Positions 39,715 through 54,855 of a stretch of 64,000 bases of DNA are shown here, one piece after another. The first letter of the stretch is position 1, and every line of letters begins with the position of its first letter. The translations under genes and the position numbers were made by a program. The DNA lies in NCBI GenBank assembly GCA_951406725.2, contig OX597814.1, forward strand, positions 141,732,001 through 141,796,000, given 5' to 3'. The notes below the pieces were generated by a model. It saw only the letters and a program-made list of their open reading frames with translations, did not search any database and had not been told where the DNA came from. The stretch comes from Octopus vulgaris (Eukaryota).

Positions 39715-40030
39715 TTCTTGTTTCAGTCATTTGACTGCAGCTATGCCTTTAGTCAAAGAAATCAACCCCAGGACTTATCCTATCAGTCTCTTTTGCTGAA
39801 CTGCTAAGTTACAGGACATAAATACACCAACATCAGTTAAGCGATGGTTGGGACATGCACACACAAGATGGGCTTCTTTCAGTTTCTGTCTACCAAATCC
39901 ACTCAAGGTTTTGGTTGGCCTGAGGCTATAGTAGAAAACACTTGCCCAAGGTACCATACAGTGGAACTGAACCCGGAACCATTTGGTTGGGAAGCAAGCT
40001 TCTTACCACACAGCTATGCCTGCGCCTATG
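39715..40030 (-). mobile_element. CORE-type SINE, CpG-decayed
   Basis: Same family as 9008-9300, with CG changed to TG/CA. Confidence 0.8.
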
Positions 40031-41553
40031 CATGAAACTATGTTGGTAAAATGGTTTGTGTTACAATTAATGTGAGATGTACAAACTTTGTTAACTGATT
40101 AGATAATGGTTAAGATAGGGATTAAGATGAAGTGAAATATTCAGGGGATTAAATTTAAGTGGGAAACTTGTTCACAAATATTTCCTGTATTGATGAAATA
40201 ATTAAAACATTCGGCATTAATATTATCATTCTCTCACTGCATAATTCTAATTTTTTTTTTCTAATTCTCTTAATATTAACAATAACACTAATTTGAGTAT
40301 TATTATTATATCAGTTACATTGGACCTCTGTTATGATATAACATGCATACCAATGAAGAAATACCACCCAATTTATTATTGAAGAAGAAATTAAAACTCA
40401 TTCCACATAGTTTATTATTGCAGAAGAAAGTAGGATTCATTAACATCATAAATTTATACGTTTCCCATGTTGGTATGGATTGGGCTCTGATTAATTTATT
40501 TTAATGGTTAATTTGAGATTAAACTAAGTATTTTCCTCTCAATTACTTGTATATAAATTGGTTCTTGGGGAATTGCAATTTACATGTTCTAATTAGTTTA
40601 TCGAGAAAATGATTTTGAATACTCAATTAAGACCAATGAATATTGCTAATGTATTGTTAGGCCTAGTAGTTTCATGCAACTTGTTCACTGGTATATTACA
40701 GCACTGAAGATAGTTTATGCAAATCTAAGTGCAGTTTACATCCCCTCTGCACCACCACCCCACACAATAAATAAATATATATATATATTAAACTATTGTA
40801 TTGTCTTTCTACCGATATTGTGGAAAGCAGAGTTTAGTGTTAATTTTATAGCTAAATGCATTATTACTATTGGAACCAATTATTTGGCATCAGCAATTGC
40901 TTGCTGCCTCTTTTATATGCAAAAATCACTGAAAACAGCTAAATTAAAATTGACAATTTTTTTTTTTATATCTTAACATAACTGCAAAAAAAAATTAACC
41001 TGATGACTTCTATATGTTTTCATTTAAGATAAGTTCTTAGTTATTTTGTGAAACAGTTGGCAGGAGAACACAAAAGTATTACCCTACGCCTATGTTTATT
41101 AATGCTGGCTCATTTTGTCTTAATGAATATAAATTAGTGAATAATTTTAAAAGCATTTTAGCATAAATCTTTCAACAGATTTATGCTAAAGTCCTCTTCA
41201 AATGATTCACACACACACATACACACACACATTTCTGTCTACCTTATCCATTCACAAGGCTTTGGTTGGCCCAAGATTATAGAAGACACTTGCCCAAAGT
41301 GCCATGCTGTGGCATTGAACCTGGAATCATGGTTGGGAAACAAACTCCCTTACCATGCAGCTATGCCTGCACCTTTATAAAAAAAAAAAAACTTAGTGTA
41401 GTGTAATGTAAATTCAACATTTTCAATTGAGCCAACATCAATTTTATGTAGTTGAGAGGGAAAGTGATTCTTAAACTGGAAATACAGCCTAAATTCTTGC
41501 AACAGAGTGGGTTCTACTGTATGTGCCCAAGTTGCTTAAATGGTGGTGTTTAA

Positions 41554-41775
41554 CCCTTTAGTGTTCACATTATTCTACCCAAATTAATCCTTTTTTATCC
41601 ACATTGTCTTGAACTAATCATTCATTAATCTTGTAGCTATGAGATTTTGATGAGGTAGCTGTTAATTTTTAAAACGATGTTGTAGGGTTGGTGTGAGAGA
41701 TCAGATCTGGCCAGTTTGAACATAAAACAAGCAGAATACTTTTGGCCGGATATGGCCGGTTTAAATGCTAAAGGG
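41554..41775. mobile_element. piggyBac-like MITE, opposite orientation to the 37726 copy (degenerate copies ~42515-42710 and ~63820-64000)
   Basis: TTAA|CCCTTTAG ... CTAAAGGG|TTAA; internal CAGATCTGGCCAGTTTGAACATAAAAC is the reverse complement of the 37.7-kb copy. Confidence 0.85.
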
Positions 41776-44700
41776 TTAAACTGGGCAGCAGGTTAAGCCT
41801 ACCACCCAAGTAACTGATGGTGGTATTTGAACTTTGAACATAAACAGAACATACAAGATATCTTGTTCATTCTTACAGTTCTGCTAATCTACTCACTTGA
41901 TATTAGTAGTGTTTAAACCTCCCCCAAAAGTATGAAAGGCAAAGTTGACTTTAGTAGGATTTGAACTGGAATACTAAGCGTTTACTTACAAATACAGTGT
42001 GGTAATCTATTTTATACTCTGATTCTGCCAGTTCACTTCCCTGTGCTGAAAATAAAATGGCTTGGGCAGTGGGGTATTAGTTATATTTCTATGTTCTGGT
42101 TTGTAATCCTGCTTGGTTGCTTTTAAAATATAGTACCAGCTAAGTACTTGGTTTAAATGACTGAACAGGCCATCAGTCAAACATGTGCATGGCCACAAAC
42201 TTTGATCCGATGTCTGTTAGAAATCGTGTGTAACCGTGGATGACTTCTAATCAAACAGATGTATGAAAATACAGTTGAATGGCTTGAAGCTTCTCAGACA
42301 TTGTATTCCCAGTTATACAATGCATTTCCACCTAACTGAAGACCATACTGCATACTTCAATGTGCAGTGATAAATCATACTTGATGTAATATAATGGTCT
42401 TGATATCATTATACTCTGTCCTGTCTAATCTATAGCTCTTTACCTGCAGATTTTGGTGGCAGGATGGATTTAGTCAGAGCATAGCAGTTACTGTTCCTCT
42501 GCTTGTATCATTGACCCATTAGCATTCAGATTAAATTATATTATAATTCTTATTTATGGACATTGTTTTGAATTAATCAGGCATTATCCTGTATCTTTGA
42601 GATTTTGATGTGATTGCATATTTTTTGCATTGTAAGATAGGTGTGAGAGACCCAATCTGGTTGCCTTGAACATGAAAAAATATTTTGGCCAGTTTAAATA
42701 CCAAAGTGTTGAACTTGGACAATGTATATGTATAAAGATTGATAGAACTTTGAAAACCAAGTGCTGTGAAGGGTAAAGAGCAGAACAATTCTCATAAATT
42801 TGAGTCGAACAAACATGGAAAACAAACAACATACACACTCACAAAAAAAAAGCTGGGCAATAAATATCAAATTTGTGTATGAATTTAATAAATGATAGGG
42901 CATTGATCTCAAGCAGTCAATATGAATTAAAATCAAATATAAAGTTACAACTAAATGTAAAGATTTGTTAAAAAAAGAAAGATTACATTAATTTTCGACA
43001 TGCTTCAGTTTGAGGGATGTTTTTTTTAAATATCAACAAAAAATCACTGTAAAATAACACATGAATAAACTATATACATAGTGTAAGGGATATGATTTTT
43101 TAAAATTAAAATTTTCACTGCACAATTCAGTTGCTTATTCACTGTAAATGTACTCTCTTTCTCTATCTCTCTGTATGTGATGTGTGTATTGCAGTAGAAA
43201 TTTTTAAATTGAAAACACCCTGCCCCAACCTCCAAATATTTTTATAAATAATGTTAACATATTTTCATCTGTGTATATTCATCTAGTGAACAATGAAAAT
43301 GGGACTAAACACATTAATACTGATTTTGTTTATAAAAATACTTTGTATTTAACTCTTAAAAAAATAAAATACCTGCATAATTTACCTTCTGGGGAATTTA
43401 TTCTGTGTAACTGGTAAGTTTGTAACTTCATAGACAAATAAAAGTAACTAGTTGTGTTCTCTTTAACTTGGGAATTTAACTCAGTTTCACTTGCATTGAT
43501 ATTTTCTAAATTCTCATAGTACAAGCATTGATTTAAGATTGTTAAAAGTTAATTAAAACACTGGTGATTCTAGAGAAAAGTTATTGGTTGTGCAGGCATG
43601 GCTGTGTGGTTGGAAATTTGCTTCTCAACTACATGATTTAAGGTTCAGTCCCATTATGTGACACCTTGGGCAAATATCTTCTGTATCCTAGAGTTGACCT
43701 AACCTTTGTGTGAATTTGATTGATAGAAACTGTACAAAGTTCATCATATGCATGCATATGTTAAGCATTCACAGCGGTGAGCTCCACAAAGCACATGATT
43801 TCAAAGACATGTGGAATAAAAAAAAAATCCCTTACATGATGAGGTAAGGATAGTAATTATAAAGAATGCTTCAATCTGTGTTTTGCCTAACTTGTGCTGG
43901 CCTGGAATATGTTAAAATCAGCTGACAAATATGGTACCAGGCTTCCAATTTGTGCTTCAGATTATACTGCATGGTACTTTGAGATTGTTGAACAAGGTGT
44001 TGAATTTTGCTCAGCTTTAACTAGCAGTAAAATAAGATATTCCATGGAAATTTAAAAGCAAATAAAATAGCATTCCATCCAGAGGGAGATTTCTCATTTG
44101 CCAAATGCTACAGAAATCACTTCTATAGTCATAAAATAAAAATGATTACAACTAGAAGTGAAATTTTGATATAAATTCTAGGTTTAATTCTATTCCTTTG
44201 TGGACAATGTTAAAGAAGACAAACCAATGTAGGACCAAAACTGGTTTTCAGCCTTAGACTGACTAGTTTTATTTGAGTACCATGCTGTAAGTAACTATTT
44301 GAAAAGAATGCCACATGTTACCTAAATGGTTTTAGCTTCCACAATAGTTTCAGTTCATTTAATCTAGCAAGCTTGTAATCAAGACCACCTGTTTTGATTT
44401 TTTTTCTTCTTAAATCTTACTGTTTCATTAATCTTGAAAGCCCATATTTTCATCACATTTCAATCGATTTGCATAAGCTAACACATCTCCATCAGCTTCT
44501 CTATTTTGAGAGAAGAGTCTGCAAGAACTTATGGACACTATCTCATCTCAGGTTAAATAATAATGGTTTCTAATTTAGACAATCTGCAATTTTGAAGTGA
44601 GAGGATTAGTTGATACCATTGACCTTGGAATTTGACCAGTACTTTATTTTAATGACCCTGAAAGGATGAAATGAAAAGTTGACCTCGGTATTTGAACTTG

Positions 44701-47700
44701 GAGCATAAAGAGCTGAAACAGATAAAGCAAAGCACTTTTTCTGAAGCTTTAATGAATCTGCCAAATATGTTGGTATTATCAACTCATTTAGTCTAAATTT
44801 TTTTGAATTTATGAAGTTCCTTGTCAATTACTGGTATTAATTTCATTCTTCTCCAATTTTATCATTGAACATAAAATTCAGTCCCTGCTCTATAATAGAA
44901 TGTTTTAGTATTTTGATTCAACAAAGCAATATAATGATGATGTGACCAATGCATGAAGCATTTCAAGCTTTGATTGGTGTAACCTTTTTTCTTTTTCTCT
45001 CTCCCTCTGTAAGTAGCTTTGTATTAGCGAATAGCACCCCCATTTTTACATGTAAAAAATGAAAAGAATTATAAAAAAGAATTCCAAGTGATCATGTATT
45101 AATCCATTGATGTTTGAGAGCTGATGATATTTCTAAAGGGTAATAGTTGACTGCATTTGATAGGACAATACTATGTTTCAAATGATGGTATGTTTGCTTT
45201 GATGGTTGCACTACTACTAAGCTAAGGGGAGAAGAAAAAGGAACCTTTCAACCTTTTATGAATATTGAAAGGTATTGGAATTTCTCTATTGCACAATTTC
45301 TGCTACATATTCCAGTGCACACATGTTGAATGACATTTACGATTTAAAAGACAAAATGTAAATTCATGCAAGCTTTATGCAGAGAAATTCATGGGTTTTA
45401 TAAAATTTATGAGTTATGAAAGCTTATTCTGTAGAATTCTGCATGTTAGAAACGTCTAGAAATTTCTAATATCTGACACTTGAAGGATTTATACTCAGGA
45501 AAACTATTTTCAAATTCATTCAAAGAATTTTTAGTTAATTTTTGAATGTGTATTTGCTATTCATGATCAAACTAGCTATAAATGCTGAAATTTCTTCAAT
45601 GTGTTTTTGTTAATTTCTTCAAATCTAATCCTATATCAAGTCCTAAATATAAGTCTTTTAATGTACAGCTGTTTTATTAGTTTTTTTTTCTTTTTTCTGT
45701 ATATTTATATATTTTCATTTAACATTTGAATCAAGTTTCAATAGTTTTTGTTAAATTTATTCCTTTTTATGGAAATGTTCAGGAATTATTTTCATTATTA
45801 AAATCATATGAAAAAATTTTTATTTTCGTATAAAGTAATTTATATATATTTATTAAATTTTCACTGGAATCTGTATTAAAATTTTGAAATTGTAAATCAA
45901 TACTGACATTCCATGTTTTGCATCATTGCTCATTTATATGACACTCATTATTTCTTTTGAAGCTTGTAATGTAAAGTGTCTAATTGAAGACAAGTTGTTC
46001 AGTCAACAGTATATCTCTAATACTTTAATGTCTATCTTTATGGTCAAAAGAGACAGAAAGGCAAAGCTTCACCTATCTAATAATATTGAATGTCTGCCAT
46101 TTTACAAATACATTCTGCTCTTGTTACACATGTTATAGCCAAAAGCAGTTTTTTCCCTCTCCTCCTTTACAACTGTTTGGCAGAGCATGGTACTTTTATT
46201 GATGTTGCTAAGTATATCATTATATTTGTATATCTTAGCTCTCTCTTTTGCTCTTTTTCCCTGTATTTATTTTTAACACTTTTTTTTTTGTATAATCTCA
46301 AATTGATTAGATGAAGCTGACAAGCTGAAAAGTTATTTTGTAACCTGTGTATAGGATTAGTGATCTTTTTTTGAGAACTATTTTCATGTAACTGAACAGA
46401 CCTGTATAACCTGTCACAATGGAAGACAGCTGTTAATGTTCCAAGAAACTGGACAGTATTCATAGCTTCAAAATTCTCCTATAAAGCTACATGTTGGTTG
46501 GATAGTATCCTCTCTGGGACTAGTCTTGTATTTAAAATTCAGTATTCGAATTGTCTTTATGTGGTTAAAGTAAGAGAGTTGAGTTCTTGCAAGGTGAGAC
46601 GATTTTGAGCTTCGTTAATCTGAAGCTATTGGTATCAGAGGGACATATGCTATTGAAATATTAAGTCTTTGCAACCAGCTGGAGCCTGTTGGCAGTGTTT
46701 AGCTTTTATCTTTTTTCTCTTTCTATATGCATGCCAAAAACAGATTTTCACATGCAGCAGCAACAGCTATATTTCCAGTAGCCAACTACAAGCTGCAGTC
46801 TGTGTATAATTAATATTACATATTGAGTGGATCATGTGCAAAATATTCTTTTTGCTTTCATTTTTCTTTTGTCATTAGGAATGATTCGTTGTCTAAAGGT
46901 TATAAAGAGTAATTTACAACTCCATAGGCTGCTTATTAAGTTCTGTCAGTTGTATTGCTGTGAGCTGAGTGGTTGAAATTTTTTATTGTAAATACACTTT
47001 TGTAATAACATTAATATCAAATCTATAGTTTGACATTTTAAATTTTTATTGCCATGTGTGATTGGAAACACTATTTAGTTGAGCCACTACTATCAAACTC
47101 TTAATTTGAAGTTTCACACAAACACTGGAATGTTTTAAAGATTTGATGCATTGTTTTCAATTTAGTTAGGTGTTATGATTAGATATTGAAATCTGAAATG
47201 TGTTAGTAAAAGCAAGCACAGTATCTAAAGAACACTTCAGTCGAAACACATTACCATTACTATTTGTTATTTCCTAAATTTAAAATCTATTTCTTGGAGA
47301 TACAAATTGATTACTTTGCAACTGAAGTTATATATAAAAGCAAACTACTTAATATTCAATTTGAATATACATAGAAATGTAAAATTACCATGTAAATTAG
47401 ATGCAAAACAATAGTGAAGAAGCAAAAATATTTTTTCAAGTTAGCTTTACAGAGTAATTTGGCATAGTTTAAAATAATTTTTTTTCCTTTTAGTTTTCAC
47501 AACTGTGTAATAAGACTACTTTAGAATGAGTTTCTTAAAAGCAAATTAGTTATACATTACATTTTTTCTTTCCTGTTGTTAATAACCTTAAAGGAATTTG
47601 GAATCTGAAACTTTTTGCTTGAACCTCCAGCTTACTTAAGCTACAATCATATAGTATAACATAGCTTTTAGTTCGCAATTTTTCTTTATAGCATTACAAA

Positions 47701-47747
47701 TTGCTATTGGCAAAAATATTCAGCTTTCCTCAATCTTTACTTGGGAT

Positions 47748-47792
<45 letters not shown>

Positions 47793-50700
47793 CATTCAGT
47801 TTTTCATAGATATTTTTTCTTAGAGAATTTTCCTACTGGAGGCAGCTACTTTTGTTTGTGTGTGTGTTGGTGTGTTTGCATGTACACTAGCTTTTTAAAC
47901 TTAATAATGCACGTGATTTTCGGTGCAATTTGAAATTGAATGCCAACTGATGTATAATTTCATAACTTTAGAAAATGATTGAAGAAATGATAGTATAGAA
48001 TGCTATTGTTTTAGATGCTTTGTTAACTTTCATTTGTTGAATTATATTTCTTTATTCGCATAAACAGCTTGCATGATTGTAATTTAACAAATGAAATGAA
48101 ATCCCTTGAAGCTTTTTAAAAACCAAAAAAATGAAACTTACAAAACTGAACAAAAAATACTCAAATCTTTTTGCTATCTTAAAGCAATAATTAATAAAGC
48201 TCATTAGTTTATTCTTTTCTAATTTTCATTGTAAATCTTTGAAATTTTTACTTTTTGTCTCTTTTACAAGTGCTGCAGCTAAATGAAATTCTTTTGAGAT
48301 TTTAAACATTTTTTTTTGTTTTTTTTACATTTGATCTTAGGCAACCATTGATTTTGCTTGAGTATCTGCTTCTGTGGTTGGCCACAAGCAACATCATCTG
48401 ATGGCACTTAAATCTGTTCAGTAAAATATAATTTGCATTGTAGACTTCCAAATAGACACCCTTCCTTCAGTATAATTCAGAACAGACTTGCATATAGTTT
48501 AAGATTCAATTCTTGCTCTCATAGAATGTTTTTTTTAACATTCTTGTTTATTGTGAGTTAAACTACAAATGTTTTAATCATTCTAATAATTTTCAAGAAT
48601 AAACTTTGGAATTTGTTCTGGCTAAGGAAATAAAATTTAGCTTTTCCAAGATTACTTGGTGATATTTTGATTTTTTTTTTTTTTTTCTTTATTTTTCATA
48701 CTTGTAGGTTTAGCATCAAAACTTATTCCTTCTGTTCAATGTTAATATTTGAAAATGACCAGATGTTTATTCTGGTATCAGCCTTATCCAATAAGTATGT
48801 TCATATTTTTGTTAAAAAAAAAAAGTGTTTTCTTCCATTTTCATCTTGAAATCTTTTCAGACTAAAATATTACCTAGAACTGTTTGGAATATTCCATGAC
48901 TGTTCAAGCAAGATATTAAACTTACTGTTCTGTATTTTCATTTGAGTAATGAGATTTACTATCTATATTTAAATATTTAGACACCTGAAACAAAATTAAA
49001 AAATAAGTGTACAAGCTGTTGTATTTGAATGGCTGTGAAATAAAATATTGTCTGTAATTTCCACAATTACCTACCGATCATTGTGATCTATAGCAGTGAT
49101 TTTAGCCAAAGCTGGAACAAGTTAGTATTGGCTATAGTTATGAATCTAGTGAACATTATACCATTTGTTATTGAAATGGTCTTTTTAATAGCTATTATAT
49201 GGAAATTTTATAAAAACTTTTGAAGGGATATTTAGCATTATTACAAGATCACAACTTTAACCTATTTGATATAAACTTGCCCTGTTTGAATGATACAAAG
49301 CTTTTGTTTTAAAGCCATATAAATTATACATTTTTTTTTTGTCCGAGTGTAAGCACATGACTTAGTGGTTAGTGTGTTGGACAAATGATCACAAGGTTGG
49401 TTTCAGTTCCTGGAATGAATGTGTTGTGTTCTTGAGCCAGATATTTTAGTTCATGTTACTCCAGTCTACTCAGCTGGCAAAAATGAGTATTTTTGTGATG
49501 GACCAATGTCCTAGCCAAGGGAGAGTATATATGCCAAAGAAACCAGGTAACTGGCCCCATGATGTGGGGAAAGTTTTAGCTTTTTTTCATTGGATCACTA
49601 AGGTACAGGAACACAAATGAACCAAGGCCATTTGTCGAGTGATGCCACGCATGCACGCAGCACATACATGAGCATCAAAATAGTTTCCATCTACCAAATT
49701 CACTCACTAAGTATTGGTTGGTCTAGGGCTATTGTAGAAGACACTTGTCCAAAGTACTGTGCAACCATATAGATTTGGGCTCACTCCCACTGCAAAGTAA
49801 ACTTCTGAGCCACACAGCCATATCTGTGTTTGAATTTACAAATGTAGAGTAAAAGTATTCTGGGGCCCCCTTTCTGGAAAATCCTTGAATACCATACATA
49901 ATGAAATGTTTCTGCTGTCAAAAAATTCTTTCAAGCTGGCTACATTCTCCTTGGTTATATTGAGACCAACTGACCTGTGGAAGCCTTATTCTTCTGTATA
50001 ATATGTAAATTACTATTCAAATATTCAAAACTTAAAGTTGGTGAACATCATTGTATGTCTTTCCTTTCTATTTCATGAATTTTCGTTTAGGTTTGTTATA
50101 TTCACTGCTGGACGTCAAAATAATATATATATATATATATATTGGATTAGGTTAACGTAAATTCAGTCATATAACTAAGGAACTGTCCTGTCTCTGTAAT
50201 AGGAAGGGATGAAGGAGCTTACCATCCATGATGAGATGCTGAGTTGAGTCTTAGCTGAAGACTGAAGCTGTCTTCATGGTAATAGTGATAAGTGTCAAGC
50301 TGTTTATCATAGGTCATTGATGTAGTGTGTATACTATGATACAAGGAGTACTAGCTCTCTCCATGATATTGCTATTGAAATCTCCTTTCGATCTAAGGAC
50401 AATTGGCTCTCAAGCGAGAGCAGGCCTGGTCATACCAACCTGTAACTGTGGTTATGCTTTACAACGTAGCATATTCATTCATTGATATTAAATATTGGGA
50501 ATAGAAAATAAATTAACACACAAATACTACTACTAATAATAAATGATAATGTCGGGGAATTGTAATCAGAAGACATAAATAATGAGTATTGATGTTTGTA
50601 AATATCTAATTAATTTTGGCTGTTATAATTAAAACAATGACAAATTTTTGTTTTAGCAGAAAACTGATAATTTTGTAAAATATTTTTCTTTTTTACATAT

Positions 50701-52329
50701 TGTCATTAGATAATGTTTCATTTTATTTTATCTTAATGAAAAATTTGATTTCTTCAGATAATTCATTAATGTTCATTTCGGTTTTTAATATCCTTTTGAT
50801 GAAATTTTTGGTTTTGAGGCCCTTTTGATAAAGTTTTTTTTTTTTCCTCTTATCTTTAATTGTAATTTTCAATTTTCTATTAAGTATTTAGTATATTTGT
50901 AAATAAATAAACCATTAGAAGCATTACATTTTGCCAGTTGTTTCTTTATAATTGTTTTGAATACTGAAACTATTGAAGTAGCTGGTTTTAGAAATGAACA
51001 AAAAAAAAAAAAAAAGAATGGATCTGTCAGATGCATGTATTCAAAAGATAACTTTCTTGTAACATTTAAATAGTATTCACATGAACAATATTGACAGACA
51101 ATACATTTATTTTGCCTGGTTGTTAGTTTTAAAGTTGAAACTGCAAGCTGTTACATTATTTCTAGTAATAAATCCAGAATCTATTGAATCGTATTGCAGT
51201 TGTGTTGTAATCTTTATTAGATTTGTTAAAATCTTAAGTACTTTTGTTCAATAGAGCTGTATATATTACCAATACCTTGACATTCCATTGAATGTCTACA
51301 ATTTATTTTTCTGGTAACTTACAAACTTTTGACCCTATATCGAGTAATAAGTTTTATAGAACCTCATTATTGGGGGCTGGATACTGTTTCACTAATGAGT
51401 TGAAATTTGAAGAGTAAACTAAATGTGAGATGTGTAAATTTTGTTAGAATCTTGTTATGGAACTTATATATAACAAAAAAAAAAGAAGATATTCTGATAT
51501 GCATTGCATCTCTTTAGTCTCTTTAGTCTCTTTAGTACAAATTTCTGAATATTTGAAATGCATGTTTTCACATGTTCCTAACAACTTCTCCATCCTCCTA
51601 GATTTTTGTTACAGCTAATCTGAGTGAGATTTGTTTATCCATCAGGATTTTTGCTAATGCTACTAAAGGCTTCTTGCCCACAAATTGATCTAGCTTGAAG
51701 CCATTTTAATGCAGTCTTGTACCCAATTATCTTAAACATCCATGATGATTGACAAATATTGTCATTTAGGATTAGAAATCTGCATTGAAAATCCATGCTC
51801 AGCTAGTGGGAATTTATCAAATATGTTCATTTTGATTGCTTGTCATTCAAGAATACATTCATCTTATCAGTAAGAACAGTTTTCTAGCTGAGTCACTCTA
51901 AGTATATAACGCATACTTTGTATCACTTCAGTAAAACTATAGCTACAGATAGTATGAATATAATGCTCACTTTGAACACTGAGCTTCACTTGTAGCTTTG
52001 AAGCACACACAACATACAAAAATGTTTTGTAGATATTTGACCTGTATACACCATAATTTTATAAGAGCTCCTTAATCAACTTGTCATGATTTCCATGAGT
52101 AATTGTGTTTTTTTCAAACAACTCACTGCCAGCCATATAAAGCTGAATAGTGCATCCTTCTTGTATTGCCTCTTAATAAGCTGGATTCTCTTGTATAACT
52201 AAAACATTGTGCTTAGTTAAGTCAGTAGGTGGGGGCAGTACTTTAGTTATTTTTCATTTACCATCCATTAACATTCATTACTTAGAAGAGCTTTAGATTG
52301 TTGTACTAGTTCAATTTTTCTTATTTCAC

Positions 52330-53760
52330 CATATGTTCATTATGAGTTGACAGTCTCATCAACTGTGGTCCTTTGTTGTCTCAGTATGAGGGATTGGCTT
52401 TCGCCAGTTCCCATATCTTCCACTAGTATCCCTCCTCCACTGATTCCTTCTAATTGCATTACTTGGCCCTTATTCACCCAATAATCTTCCATATGTATTG
52501 CATGTCCAGTTTAATCTTCTCTTTCTTGCTTCATCTAATTTCTAGTTTTTCTCTCAGCTCATTTATATTCCCTTGTTCATGCACACCAATATTTCACATC
52601 CATTAGAGTATGCTCTCCTACTTTCTGTACAGCCTTTTGCACGTCCTCTGAATTCAATGCCTGTATTTTGTTATCAAGTAACATCATTACACATACAAGC
52701 ATCCTGCAGTCTCCTCATTTGGTGAGAGTCCTTTTGTTCCCATTAGAAGTAATTGCTCTCTAAAACTTTTCTTCTTTAACCTTATCATAATTACTATGCT
52801 TTTGGGGCACCTACTTCCACTGCTAAGTCACCTTGGTACTAGAAGTTACCAGCAATTTCTAAAGAGCCCTTCAAGCATTTATTTCATGATTCTCTTATTG
52901 TTAATTACTCCTGCATTTCTGTCATATACAGACTATGATCTTATTGCACCCATAGTTTCTACATACACCATATGGATTGTCTTACTACCATTCTGTATAT
53001 TGACCAAAGTTACTTTCCAGTGGAGTCCTAAGTGTTAGGCCATGCACTTCTAGATTTAGTACCTTTAAGCCCAACTTTTCTTCTAGCTATCCAATATTGT
53101 TCCTTGTGTTCTTTCTTCTTTTCCTATATTTCACAGGCTATTCTAGTATTTATGGCCTTATCTCTTGTGCCATTACACCAGTGTCACTATCCATTTGGCT
53201 AGAACCTTGCTCTATCCACAGATTTGGTTTATGGCTTGCAGCAGGTTGTCTCATTAACTACTTTTATATCTTAAGGTCCGTTTTTCAACATATAACTTAC
53301 CTGGGCATTTTTGAACACGAGTCTGGAGAATGAACCTTCAGTTTCTATACTTTCCGTTCCTGGATTGTCTTGTTCTCTGCATCTATTTAGTTCTTATTCT
53401 GATATCACCACTCTGTTGACTGGCATGTTTTTTTGTTGGAAAAAGATTTAGTATTCACAACTATCTGTCTGTTCCATTTCCTGGTGAGTATGAAATACAT
53501 TAGGCCTATGTGTTCAGCTGAATGGTAAGTGATTAGGTAGTTGGCAGTTTTCCTGAAGTTAGTTCTTCATAGATCTTTGTAATGTGTTCTATCACTGTAG
53601 CTGTGACTAGTATGGGTTCTTTAATTCCTCAACCCATTTTCTAAATTATCCTACCTATTTTAATAGACTGAAAAGCTTAATTGATTTATCTGGTGGTTCT
53701 CACAAAGAGGTAATCCTGTTTTTTCCTTCAGCACATCCTGCATTGCTGCCTTTGGAGTAG
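52330..53760 (-). mobile_element. Highly decayed RTE-clade LINE fragment
   Basis: Minus-strand pieces LEIAGNF*YQGD, KSFREQLLLMGTKGLS, DACM and *WM*NIGVH..ELREKLEI..RRLNW resemble the RTE ORF2 C-terminus (F.YLGD, KFRELLPLL, MLRWM, RRLRW). Boundaries are rough. Confidence 0.55.
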
Positions 53761-54497
53761 GGCTGCTATAACTTGGAGGATTTCTGATATATTCTTGCCT
53801 TTATTTTTTAAGGTTATTGTTATATTGTACAGCTATTTTCATTATGTGCTTTGTATTTACAAGATCATTTCTACTTGGGAGAAATTATTACTACCTAATT
53901 TATTCTAGTGTGAGATCTTCATTCTATGAATTCCCCAAATGCCCACCCAGATTAATTTGGCACTCTTAGTTTTTCTTTGTTGCTGGGGATTTTTTCTTTT
54001 TGGTGGGGGTTTCATCTGTTTGCTCTGTTGCCACTTAAATGAGGGGCAGGGATATTTTACTGTTGCTAATATTGTATCTGATAGTGTCACAATCATAACC
54101 TTGTATCCTAGCTTCCTATTTAAAAGAAATACTATCTGTCTATAATAATCCTTTCAGCTATGTGTATGTGTGGAAAAGGTTCCTCTTGTCAGAGTAGACT
54201 ATAGATCAACAAATTTTAATCTTGAGATGCTTTTTATAATAATCCTGAAGCTAGCTATAGTAGTACCATATTTTATTGAGCTATAGAATTTTGTGTCTCC
54301 CACCTCCAACAGGACTATGCTGCTTGATAAAAAATTACCAGATATGTACTGGTATCAATTCGGTTGACTTCATCACCTCCCCTTATAACATTTATTACCT
54401 GTGATGTGCCAATGTAATAAAGTAACAAGTTGGCACAAAAATAACTGCAGTTTTAAAAGCAATAGGCTTCAGCTTGTGATTAAATTTTAATTACAAT

Positions 54498-54855
54498 GGG
54501 TGCAGGTGTGGCTGTGTGTTAAGTTTGCTTCCCAATCATATGGTTCTGGGTTCAGTCCCGCTGTGTGACATTTTGGGCAAGTGTCTTCCAGTATAGCCCC
54601 AGGTCAACCAAAACTTTAAGTGGATTTGGTAGATGGAAATTGAAGAAAGCCCATTGTATATGTCAGTGTCTGTCTGTTTGCATCTCTCCAATCACCACTT
54701 GACAACCAGTGTTGGTGTGGTCTGTGTAAGTGGTTTGGCAAAAGAGGCCAATGGAATAATTACCAAGTTGAAAATAAGTACTGGATTGATTTGCTTGTCA
54801 AAAATTCAAAGCATAGCCTCAGTCTAATGACTGAAACATGTAAGAGACAAAAGAT
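54498..54855 (+). mobile_element. CORE-type SINE, near full length
   Basis: GGTGCAGGTGTGGCTGTGTG..GGGTTCAGTCCCGCTGTGTGACATTTTGGGCAAGTG..ATGACTGAAACATGTAAGAG. Confidence 0.8.
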